From: Octopus vulgaris
Taxonomy: Eukaryota
Assembly (NCBI GenBank): GCA_951406725.2
Contig: OX597819.1
Span: 41,292,001 to 41,356,000, forward strand
DNA length: 64,000 nucleotides
Direction of reading: 5' to 3'
Shown here: positions 52,517-64,000 of the stretch, piece by piece
How positions within the stretch are numbered: position 1 is the stretch's first letter
How the letters are laid out: the number at the start of each line of letters is the position of its first letter
Notes under the pieces: generated by a model
Seen by the model: the letters and a program-made list of their open reading frames with translations, nothing else
The model's database searches: none
What the model was told of the DNA's origin: nothing
Made by a program: the position numbers and the translations under genes

Positions 52517-54210
52517 ATGGTGGTTGTCTACTCCTTATGCAGAGTTTGACCACCTCTTGTACCTACACCTTAGAACCATCATGGCATCTGTTGTGGCTTT
52601 ACCAGACATAGATTGCACATCCAATTTGGACCACCAAGAGCTGCAGATAAGTTCTGACCTTTGTGGATCTTAAAATGTCTTTTGAGGCCTCTGTTAGATT
52701 TGCAAACCTACTGGCATACACTGCACAAGGTGTGCACAGACATATAGGCAGAATAGTTGGTGGAGGTTCCTTTTCCCATGGGTTCGCAAATGAGATTTGA
52801 GCCCAGCAAAAGAAAGGCATGGTCTGTCACAAACTGTGCACACAAAAAGGTCATTGTCATTCACCTTTTCAATCGTAGCATTTTTCCTTAGATCTCTTTT
52901 GAGTCTTACATGTGTTATCCTGGCCTCTTCAAACACTTTCACCCCACTCCACATTTTTGCTTGCCATCCAGCTCGATCTGAAGCAAGGGTCTTTATGTTT
53001 TCTGGATCCATTCCAAGTGACTTAATAGTAGTCCTTATACCGTCCTTAAAGCTTTTTTTAGGTTTACGCCGATAGTGTTTCCCTTTAGCAAGCTCACCAT
53101 AAAACAGCTGTTTTAGCATGCGTTCATCTGCCATTCAAACAATATGGCCACACCATCTCATTTGGTTCCTCAAAATCATAGCTTTAATCGAGGTGATGCC
53201 TGAAGATGCAAGGACATCTGTGTTTGGAGTAAAAGAACTTCATTTAATGTTTAAAATGCGATGAAAGCATTTTTGGTGGAATTGTTCTAACAATTTAAAA
53301 TGCCTTTCATAACAAGTTCAAGTTCCACAAGAATACAACAGGGATGGTAAGACAAATGATTTGTAAAGAGCCAGCTTTGTATTCTTATCTATATGTCACT
53401 GGCACCAAATGCATGACTCCAAGCCACCAAATGCTTTTGCTGCCCTTTGAATTTGCAGCTGTATTTCTGTATCAAGATTTCCATCATTTTGTACAGAGCT
53501 TCTAAGGTAGATGAACGAATCAACAACCTCAAGTAACTAACCCTTCGCAAAAATTTTAGAGGGGTTACAAACAGCACCGCATGCAAGTTGATGCATTACA
53601 ACTGTGTTTTCTTTTTTTTCAAGTTGATGGTCAAGTCAAAATCAACACAAGCTAAGTCAAATGCAGATACAAGAGATTGCAGACCTGTTTCAGAATGACT
53701 GACTAGATCGCAATCATCAGCGTATAAAAGTTCCCTAATGAGTGAAGTAAAGACCTTTGTTTTGAAATTCAGTCTGGTCGGATAAAAAACATTCCCTGTT
53801 GTTCCATATTTTATGTAAATTCCCTCCTCAGACTTTTTAAAAGCATGTGACAACACAACAGCAAAGTATATTGCAAAGAAGGGTGGGTGCAAGAGGTCTC
53901 CCTGCTTTACTCCATTTTCCATGGCAAAGGATTCAGAGAGCCTCCCACCTGCAAAGCCCTAATCACGTTTACAAATTTTTCTGGACAACCTATTTTCCTT
54001 AGAATTAGCTACAGAGCATTTCGATTAACAGTATTGAACGCTTTGCTCAAATCAACAAAGCAATGATATAGAGCAAGATTCTGTTCAATGCACTTTTCTT
54101 GTAATTGTCTGATAGTAAAGATACAATCAGCTGTGCCCCTGGATGAACGAAAACCACACTGAGACTCAGACACTATATTTAGAACTATGAAAGCATTTAA
54201 ATGTTCTAAC
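52517..54210 (-). pseudogene. RTE-BovB-like LINE fragment: RT domain through C-terminal C2H2-like fingers
   Basis: QCGFRSSRGTADCIFTIRQLQEK, FVDLSKAF, NGVKQG, LLYADDCDL, RWCGHIV*MADERMLKQLFYGEL and CTVCDRPCLSFAGLKSHLRTH, with stops and frameshifts. Confidence 0.92.
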
Positions 54211-56057
54211 AAAATAAATAAATAACTACATAAATACATACATGCATGCATACATACATACATACATATACACACACACATCTTGACATCCTATGAAAGT
54301 TGTAAATGAATGTCACTGTCATACAAGCAGTGTCATTTATTTCCAATATACTACGAAAATATGTTTAGGCATGGGGAAAGATTACCTTGCTTGGAATGAG
54401 ATGAGGGATGGTGACAGGAAGGGCATCCAACAATAGAAAATCAGTCTCAAAAATACTGAATCACTAAATATTTCTAATTAGAAAAAATTAGTTGAAATGA
54501 ATAAACAAACTCATATTCAGCAAGAACAAAGATAAGTCAAGAAGAGACATAGATAGAAATAAAGCAATACAGGATAAACCTGACAAAATCTCTTCGCCTC
54601 CATCCCTTCCTGCATAACATATACTAACATACAAGTCAACAAAGCAGACATGTCTTAACTTGAAGGTATTTTATGTAAAAGCATTCAAAATATCAACATT
54701 TTTTTAAAGATACATTTAAAAAAAACTCTGAAACAAAAAGCTGTTTCACAAAGAGATTGTAATATTATTTAGACAAAAAAATATATATATATTTAGTGAC
54801 AACAAACACAATAAGGAAATTGAATAATAGGTCAACTGCTGCTCAAAATTGTACATCGTTTTGTCATCATACTGAATACAATCTACATAACAAAAATAAC
54901 AGCTAAGCTAGTAGTAACCCCATTAGAACAGCACCATGTTTACAGAAGGGATTATTATGTAAGGAATGAGCAATTATTGATTATCAAAATAGTAAATGAC
55001 ATCTATTTATCTATGTTTGCAGGAAACCCAACAACAAAAATATCTGAGAATTATAACTACAAATTAAAACTAGTTGTTATTCCTTAGATGCAAAAAAAAT
55101 CACTGGAATCAACTTTTAACTTACAAATCTACACATCCTAAATGAAAATAATACAACATTAGTAATACACGCAACAGTGAAAAACAATATTATTTCTGCA
55201 TAATAGTGAGCAAGGGGTAAATCCAGAACTTGATTTCAACCCCTAGCTCAAGAAGATATTATTATTATTATTATCATCATCATCATTATTATTAGGCGCA
55301 GGCATGGCTGTGTGGCTAGGGAGCTTGCTTCCTAGCTACATGGTTTCGGGTTCAGTCCCACCGCGTGGCACTTTGGGAAAGTGTCTTCTGCTATAGCCCC
55401 AAGCCGACCGAAGCTTTGTGATTGAATTTGGTAGGCAGAAGTTACTGCCATGTGTGTATATGTGTGTGTAGGTGCTTGTGCCTCTCTGAGAAAAACTACC
55501 CTAGGCTACTGCGTCTGGTAGGGATTTTGGTAGGGATTTTACAGCCAGATACTCTTCCTAACACCTTACACACATATATATATATATATATATATATGGA
55601 TCAAAACAGTTTAATTCAAATTCTGTATTATCTAAAGTTTCAAAGCTCATGTAGCTTATCATCAGGCAATGGAAATGCGTTGAGTGCCCTTCTTTCATTT
55701 GTCCACCCACTCTCGTATATACAGTATTATTTGGGATGCTCAGCTGTAACTACTTGAGGAAACTGAGAACATCTATGTCGTTGATGTAAACTGGCCTCAG
55801 TACTTGACTGGCACTTTATTTCTCAATACTCTAAGGATGAAAGACAAAGTTGACCTTGCTGGGATTTGAACTCAAAATATATAGGACCAAAACATATAAC
55901 ACAAGGCATTTTGTCTGATGCTTTACTAATTTTGCCAATCCACTGCTGGGACAGACCATTAAAACATGTTCAAATATTTCTACAACAATTAGGACTGGTT
56001 TGAGATAAGAAGAGTGTCGTAAAACTTCTTGCTTAAATAATTCACTGGCACAATTCC

Positions 56058-56301
56058 ATATCTCTAACTATTTCAATCCTTGATTGTAATAAAAATTGGA
56101 CATATGAGTTAAATTACTATAAAATTATAGATTAAATAGGTCACCATCACCAGAAACAACCTGAGACATGTTTTACTTTATATCTCTAACTATTTCAATC
56201 CTTGATTGTAATAAAAATTGGACATATGAGTTAAATTACTATAAAATTATAGATTAAATAGGTCACCATCACCAGAAACAACCTGAGACATGTTTTACTT
56301 T
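56058..56301. repeat. Perfect tandem duplication of a 122-bp unit
   Basis: 56058-56179 appears identical to 56180-56301. Confidence 0.9.
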
Positions 56302-56850
56302 GCTGGAATGGTTTTTGACAGGTCACCAAAACCCACATCTTCAACTGATTAGTTTACACTAACATTTCAGCAGCATTCAGGTTACTCTGTCAATGCTTAT
56401 TTATTCACATTGTTTTGATTGTTTTGAATTAATCATGCAATATCTCATACCTTTAAGATTTGAATGATATGTCTGTTTATTTTTAGAATGACATTATAAG
56501 ATAGGTACGAGAGGCCAGATATGGCTGATCTGAACATAAAACAAGTGGAATATTTGGGGGTGGATATGGCTGGTTTAAATGCTTAATTGTCAAAACTAAA
56601 ATCATCACCACAAGCATCATCATCATCATGTAACATCTATTTTCCATGCTGGCATGGGTTGGACAGCTTGGCAAGAACTGGCAAGCCCAGGGGCCACATC
56701 AGTCTGTTTTGGCTTGTTTTTAAAGCTGAAAGTGTTCCTAACACCAAGTACTTTACAGAGTGTACGGGGTACTTTTTTATTTGGTACTATCATCACAGCT
56801 TTTATCCTAAGATTTAAATTACTTCATTTGTAATCTTAAACAAGAGGAGG

Positions 56851-57176
56851 CGGTCCCCTTCGGTCATGAATGACAATGGTATTGCACATAGAAAGTTACC
56901 CTCCAAGGCACAAGTCTGGGCAAGGTTGTTTTGTGGAAGGCCAGCAGTCATCCATGCATACCAGGCTTCCCTCTCCACACCACTGATGTTGTCCAAGGAA
57001 AAGGCAAAGGGGCCGATACAGCTTGGCACCAGTGATGTTGCAACTCATTTCTACAGCTGAGTTAACTGGAGCAACATGAAATAAAGTGTCTTGCTCAAGA
57101 ACACAACACACAGCCCGGTCCGGGAATCGAACTCACAACCTCATGATCGTAAGCTCTATGCTCTAACCACTGAGCC
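56851..57176 (-). mobile_element. SINE family C
   Basis: Reverse copy. Confidence 0.85.
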
Positions 57177-58151
57177 AACAAACATATCATAACATAATGA
57201 TTCCCTTTTCACTTAATAAAAAAAGAAATGACAGAACACCAGCTATATTATAGTTTAAACTGAATTCATTATATCATCTCTATTTTTATCAATCAAGCTC
57301 ACCTAAGTTGACTCACATCCCAACCATTAACATCTCACCTTACTTTTCAGTCCTATATCTATGACCATGTTATTCAGCATTTATTTTCTGTTTTGAAAAA
57401 GAGTTTTTGAATGATAAGGTATTTTGAACAGTGTGTGGAGTTAGATGAAAATTTCAACAGGCCTCTCCTCTGCTCAATAAGAGCTAACCTGGAACTAAAC
57501 AACCAAGATCACATGAAAGCTGACTTCAATTGTATTCAAAGGTGGAAACTAGAATACAATAACCTATCTAGAGCAACATGCTACTGCTTTCTAACCAACT
57601 CATACACGAAATAATAATGTCAAACATAGAAAATAACATAAGCTTGAGCTGTGGTATGCGCACAGCCATATTTATAATACTATATAGAGGAGGTGAGTGG
57701 GTGGCTTGACAAACAAACAAACAAACATTGAGCCAATTTACAGAGGTTCTTGTGATCCATTTTAGTATAGAAAAACAAATGGAAAAGTGTGCAGTATGTG
57801 TTATATATGTAATAAATGATATGACATTTATAGCAGTATATAGCCATGTCTGTAGAAGTGGAACAGGATATAAATACAAAATGCAGAAATAACTCAGGGA
57901 AACAATTCTAAAAAAGCGAGATGGAGATATGGTTGTTTGGATAAGAAGCCAATTTTCTAACTATGTGGCTTTGGGTTCAGTCCTCATTCCCGGCACCTTG
58001 GGCATATGGTTTGTACTATAGCCCCAGACTGACACTGGTTGTAAACAATGGCCTTGCAAGCAAATGGTATCATTTGCTTGCAGTCTACCAGAAAAGCATG
58101 TTTGGGTTTCTTCACAGGTTGCATAACTTTTGTAAGCAAAAGGCTCATTAA

Positions 58152-58363
58152 CCCTTTCGTTACCAACCCAGCTCTGGCTCTTGAGTACAAATGTCTTGTT
58201 TTCATAAGTTTTGAATTAAAATCTTCCACCAAACCTTAGTCACAATTTATGTTCCTAACAGTGACTTAATGATAACTAAGTTATTTTACTAAATTCTTTG
58301 TTATATCTAAAATTAATTGAAAGAAATACAAAGCATCTCAAAATAAATACGGTAACGAAAGGG
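58152..58363. mobile_element. piggyBac-like MITE, family 2 (opposite orientation)
   Basis: Same 12-bp TIR. The internal sequence is the reverse complement of 18524-18743. Flanks are TTAA/CTAA. Confidence 0.8.
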
Positions 58364-59203
58364 CTAAATCAGTGTCATCTGTTTCCAGTTCTCCGCTCAA
58401 TCATGTTCAGGCTGGTTTTTTTTTTTTTTTTGATAGGCTGGAAGATTAGTATCTCACTTGGAAACAAGTAGGGTTTGATGTCAAGAAGAGAAAAAGGGCA
58501 TCTGCTTATAGAAAATTTGTCCCTACTTACTCTCATCTGACACATACAAGAATGGGAAAAATAGATGTTATGATGATAAGCTGAACAGATGTGTTTGATC
58601 ATAACTACAATATATTTGCAGGTATGATAAACGTTTGTTAAAACATTGTATGTTAAGATTCAGATATAATCAAAATACTGGAGTTAGATGTACAGTGAAA
58701 TGGTAGTCATTTGAGTGTTGGACAAAACATTTCAGAATGTTCGTTCTGACCCTATGCATTCTGAGTTCAAATCCCATCAAGGTTAGCTTTGTCTTTCATC
58801 CTTTTATGGGTGAATAAAACGGTACTAATCTGGAGTGGTGGATTGGCAGATAGAGTGTAGGGTAAGATGCTTTGCGGTATCTTTTCAGACTGTATAAATT
58901 GGGAGTTCAAATTGTACTCCATCACCAAATGATGACATTCCTGTTAAAAGTTGAAACTAACAGATAGTATTAGCAATCTGAAAAACTAATGGAAACACAG
59001 TTTCCAAGGGGTGATAGGAAGATAAACATCCATCACATATATATAGGAGCAGGCATGGCTGTGTGCAAATAAGTTTGCTTCTTAAGCACATGGTTCTGGG
59101 TTCAGTCTCACTGCATGGCACCTTGGGCAAGCATCTTCTACTGCAGTCTCAGGCCAACCAAAACCATGAGTGGATTTGGTAGATGGAAACTGAAAGAATC
59201 CCA

Positions 59204-61905
59204 TCATATATAAAAATTAACTACATATGTGGAAAAATTGGTGTGTGTTTGTGGCGTTTTTAGCTAACTACTCCTACATCGTTTTATTGAGTTTGATGAA
59301 ACTTGACATGTGAGTAGAACGCATGTCTGGAAACCTCATGATATACATATTTGAAAAAATTGATAATAAAGCCCCTGGAAGGGACCTTTATACCTCATAT
59401 AACTAATTATTTTTCAAAACACCCAAGGGAAATAACTCATAGCACCTGCACAATATTTTTTTTAAACACTCAAGGGAAATAACACATTTCATTGTTTATG
59501 TTCGATTACTTTGAATATTGATTTTTTTGTGTGTCCAATTTCTAATTTTTGCAGACAATATCACTTTTATACTCTATTTGACACTTGAGTAGAACTCATG
59601 TCTGGAAACCTCGTGACATACTTAGATTGTTGAAAAAAAAATTGATAATAGGGCCCTTCCAATGGATCCTTCTATCTACTACATATTACTAATATTTTAT
59701 TTAAACAATCCAAGGGTAATAACCCATACCACCTGCAGTCTTTAGCAAAGCGATCAATATTTCATTCTCTCGATCAACCGACCTAATTCTGCATTTCGCT
59801 ACTCATAGTTTTGAACTGCTAAACATTATTATCGCACTTCTTTAATTTGAATCTTAAACCTTAAAGACTTCATTCATACATTTCTATACAAACATACTTT
59901 TTTGAATGCCCATTACTCTGATAATTCTGCCTTTTACAGTTACACTTTTTCCATGACAGTAGATAAATTTTTTTTTTCCACAATGTATTTGTAGCGGCTT
60001 CATGCAGGCATAGCGTGGATTCGATCCTCAATTACCAAATTTCCCTTAACACTTCAACAGCGCTTTTCACACAGTAAAACAATAGTTTTTCTGTGAATGA
60101 CAGTAGTTGTACATTTCCTAGATGCCTTCATTAAGCAGAATAATGTCTTTGCCACTTGACCCTTCTAACCTCTTCTAGGCCACCAGGGACTGGAATGGAG
60201 ATAACAGACCTCCAACAAAATCATTTGTTCTCAACAATATGTTTTATCCTTCTGGCTGCTTTTCGATAATTATAAAAACAAGAACTCCTGTAAGCTAAAG
60301 GCAGTTACTGAGAGCAACCATCAGTGAGTGTGAATGTTATTATCCCCACAATGAATCATCAAGTGCCTATTGGCAAAATGAATGCTGTTTGTTCTTATTG
60401 CAAGGATCTAAAACGGCCAAATGAAACTCCTTCTATATGCTGCTTCAAAGGCAGTATGAGGCTGGTCAGACAGCAAGATCCACCAGATGTATTACTGCAG
60501 CTTCTTCTACAAAACACTCCCGATGATATCAATTTCCATCATAAAATATGGAAATACAACGCATCCTTCATGATGACATCATTCGGTGCTGAGGGTGAGT
60601 TCACCCGACAAGGTCACTTTTCAACTTTCAAAATGAGGGGTCAATGCTATCATTCAGTAGGAGCCTAAGACCATTACCAGATGCAGAGTCGAAATTTGTC
60701 CAGGTGTATTCTATGGGCGGTGACGATGAGTAAGTTGACCAATGGTGCAGGCTGAATGAAGGTGTTGACAAACGTTTGATTGCAAAATTACAGACAATGT
60801 TTCATTCAACTCATACCTATGTGAATAGCTTGAAATGTGCTCTAGAGAGGATGGATGAGCTGCCTGATCTCAGTCATCCACTGAGTGCAAATTGATCATT
60901 ACTCCTTGATCAGTACTCCTTGCAGATGACTTTCTACAAACACTCCCAGTCGTTCCAAAGGGGACAAGAGCATATGAGGTAAATGTGAGAATCAAATCTT
61001 CATACCTTTGGAGCAAGGTTAGAAAGTTGAAACTCACAACAAACACTAGAGTGCAGTTAGGTGGTGATGTGCACATGAAATGCTGTTAATCATTTTGTCT
61101 GAAAAAAAAAATGTAAAGGCGGTGAGCTGGCAGAAACATTAGCATGCTGGGTGAAATGCTTAGCAGTATTTCGTCTGCTGCTACGTTCTGAGTTCAAATT
61201 CCACCAAGGTCAACTTTGCCTTTCATCCTTTCAGGGTCGATAAATAAAGTACAAGTTTCACACAGGGGTCGATGTAATCGACTTAATCCCTTTGTCTGTC
61301 CTTGTTTGTCCCCTCTATGTTTAACCCCTTGTGGGCAGTAAAGAAATAGATGTGCACATGGAGAACTTCTACAGGCAATTAATGGATATTGGAACTGGTG
61401 CTGTAATTGTTGAGCAGAAGGGGAAGATTAGTTTACCCTTTGGCAATTTGGTGTCAAATATACATGAACTATTGGCGAGAGTTTTCCCTAATCTGAACAC
61501 ACGATTCACAGACCACTGTTGGCTGAGAAAACATGCAATTTTGGTGCCAAAAAATGTTGCAGTCGATGGCGTAAACAATCACCTTCTGGAACAACTACCT
61601 GGCAATCGTCGCACATACAAGTCAATTGATACTGTGCTCCACACCAGTGATGCTGTTCATTACCCCATTGAATTCCTCAATAGCCTTGCACCTTCAGGTC
61701 TTCTACCACATGAATTTCATCTAAAGGTTGGAGCCCCAGTTATGCTTTTAAGAAGTCTCGATCCCCCAAAATTATGCAATGGCATGAGATTTGCCAACCT
61801 CCAACAATCTCTCTCTCCTCCAGCTGACAGCTTTTTGTACATTTTCATGATGGAAAATACACCTTTTGTGGCGTTTATAACGAAATTGCTTTCTTATATC
61901 AGAGT
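59204..61905 (+). mobile_element. Internally deleted Helitron inserted in a SINE
   Basis: 5' TC-ATATATAAAA start. N-terminal CSYC...SICC...YNASFMMTSFG...FKMRGQCYHSVG (60324-60870). PIF1-like helicase pieces PVVPKG...IKSSYLW...LTTNTRV (about 60945-61077) and AILVPKN...YPIEFLNSLAPSGLLPHEFHLKVGAPVMLLRSLDPPKLCNG (61361-61795). No HUH Rep domain or 3' CTAG hairpin seen. Confidence 0.85.
61116..61348 (+). mobile_element. SINE family B inserted in the Helitron helicase region
   Basis: 12-bp direct repeat GATGTGCACATG at 61066-61077 and 61349-61360. Confidence 0.85.
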
Positions 61906-64000
61906 AATAAGGCATTTGTCCCTACCACTGCTTCATAACCAGCGCTGATGTGTCTATGTCCCCATAACTTAGCAGTTCAGCAAAAGAGGCCGATAGAATA
62001 CGTATCAGTCTTAAAAAAATAGGTAAGTACTGGGGTTGATTTGACTAAAAATTCAAGGTGGTGCCCCAGCATGGCCACAGTCTAATGACTGAAACTAAAA
62101 GTTAAGTGACAAAAGATATCACATAAAACATTGTACTAGATCAAGTATCCATAAATATTCATATGATCTTATCTTCCTCATTATCTTGAAAGATAAGAAT
62201 TTTGGTTAACCCGGCTACTTGCAGAAATCTGATATATTCACTCAAAATTCCATTGCTTATAACTGTGGAGAGAAGTTTTATATACCAATCTATCTTTTGT
62301 CAAGTTTATTAAAGCAATGTGACTTGTAGAAAATAGTTTTACTTTTATTCATTTTTATAGCTGGAATAACCATGAAATTTAATTTCACAGTTAAAAGGTT
62401 AACACAATAAAACTAGAAATTAGTAGGAATTATATAAAATATTAAAACATTTTGTATAATTTCTATCAATTTCAAGTTTCTACAAGCTCGGAAACTAAAC
62501 CTTTTACCTAGAAGGATGATAACCTATTAGATAACAAATTAGCATACCTAACTGCACATGACACTAATTTCCAGCCGGATAACTCTGATTAGATGTACAT
62601 GAGCAGAGAAATGACACAAATGCAGTCAACAGATTAACATTTGATTAACCTATCAAGTAACAGTGCATATTCTCCTATTTATTTTATTCCAATTCTCATA
62701 TTAGAGGTGATTACACAGGTCAGATGAAAATCAGTGAAGCAGGTTTTCTACAGTTGGATACTTTTCCTGTTGCTAACCTTCACTTGTTTCCAAGCAAGGT
62801 AATATTTGTCCAAGTCCTCTGAACACAAACAACACAATGGCCAGTAATGTTTTCATGGAAGTTTGCAGACAAGCACCGCTAGTATGATTGTGACATTTGT
62901 TTACAACTGGTGCATGATGTGAAGCTAAAATGTACCTGCACGCACACACACACACACACACACGATAGGCTTCCTACATTTTCCACTCACAAGGCTTTGG
63001 TCAGTTCAGGCTACAGAAGAAGTCACTCATACAAAATGCTGTGCAGTGGGAATGAACCCTGAAACAATGTTGTCAAGTGAGATTCTTAACCACACAACCA
63101 AGCCTGTGCCAAAACAGAATATGGAACTGAGTTTTGCATCTTGTCTTTAATCTTTGATACAGTAATCAGCAATATTACATCATGGCAAATGCAAAAGATA
63201 AAAAAATGTTAATATGATTTATAGCCAGATATTTCAAAATACGAACAACAGCAACACTGTTCCTTAGCAACAATATCAGCATAATCCTTCAATGTAGGAC
63301 CAACATTAGATTATTTCTTGAACACTTACTCTTCTCCCTCCTCACATCTCTCTCTGCTGTCAATTGTTGGTTATTCATAGTTATTCAACCACAACCATCC
63401 AGACATCCCTTTGAAGGTATAAGTATGCATAATCACAAAGGCTGATTGCAACAGGGGTTTTTTTCTTTTTCTTTTTTTTTTTTTCGTTTAGCTTTGCTAG
63501 CTTTTGTAAGTTACTAACAGCACTCCATCAGGGAGCTGCAAATGTTTCTCAGTTGCAATAACAGGTCAAAAAAAAGGGTGTGAGTTGTGGTCCCTGCTTA
63601 TCACATACATACATAAATACCAAATACAACAAAAGGTACAAATTCAAGAAGTCATATTCCAATACCTTTGCTTTGCTTTATATCACACTATACCAATCTC
63701 TGAGACTGACACTGACATTGACACATACACACGCACACGTATATTTTCATGCTTTGTATGCAGACATGGTTTGGACAGGTTATCACAGTCCAAGTCAGTT
63801 CTTATTTAAAGTTACTGCACTCCTAGATTGGTAGGAGGACCATATCATGGTTTGTTTTATATGGCAGTATGCATTTCCTGCCACCAACCTCTTTATAAGA
63901 GTTATAGAGTGCATATGTTCACAGCACTATCACTAGAGATTTTGTCATATTCTTGGACAAAACTACAGAGTCACAAACACACACACATTAGTGCCCAGCT

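Noticed and set aside
54580-54609. Possible 30-nt minus-strand microexon (ag|GAAGGGATGG...GTCAG|gt)
   Set aside because: Weak polypyrimidine tract and donor (GTTTAT); such matches are expected by chance without RNA data.

Overview
AT-rich (about 35% GC, by eye), repeat-saturated eukaryotic DNA. The SINE, RTE and microsatellite repertoire looks like an Octopus (cephalopod) intron or intergenic region; this is recognised from memory, with no database search. I found no intact host protein-coding gene, and nearly all listed ORFs are artefacts of (TA)n/(CA)n microsatellites or SINEs. The window holds at least five tRNA-derived SINE families, decayed LINEs (RTE, RTE-BovB-like, CR1-group, R4/Dong-like, Tx1-like), an internally deleted Helitron, and MITEs (hAT, piggyBac-like, Tc1/mariner, and an unclassified type with 6-bp TSDs), often nested. 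The most interesting signal is small self-cleaving-RNA retroelements. A 398-bp non-coding retroposon (41412-41809) has a perfect 12-bp TSD, and its first base coincides with the predicted cleavage site of a hand-folded HDV-like ribozyme. Several short elements flanked by (TA)n carry minimal type-I hammerhead motifs (548, 9191, 14378). All RNA folds were done by hand and need computational and in vitro confirmation.
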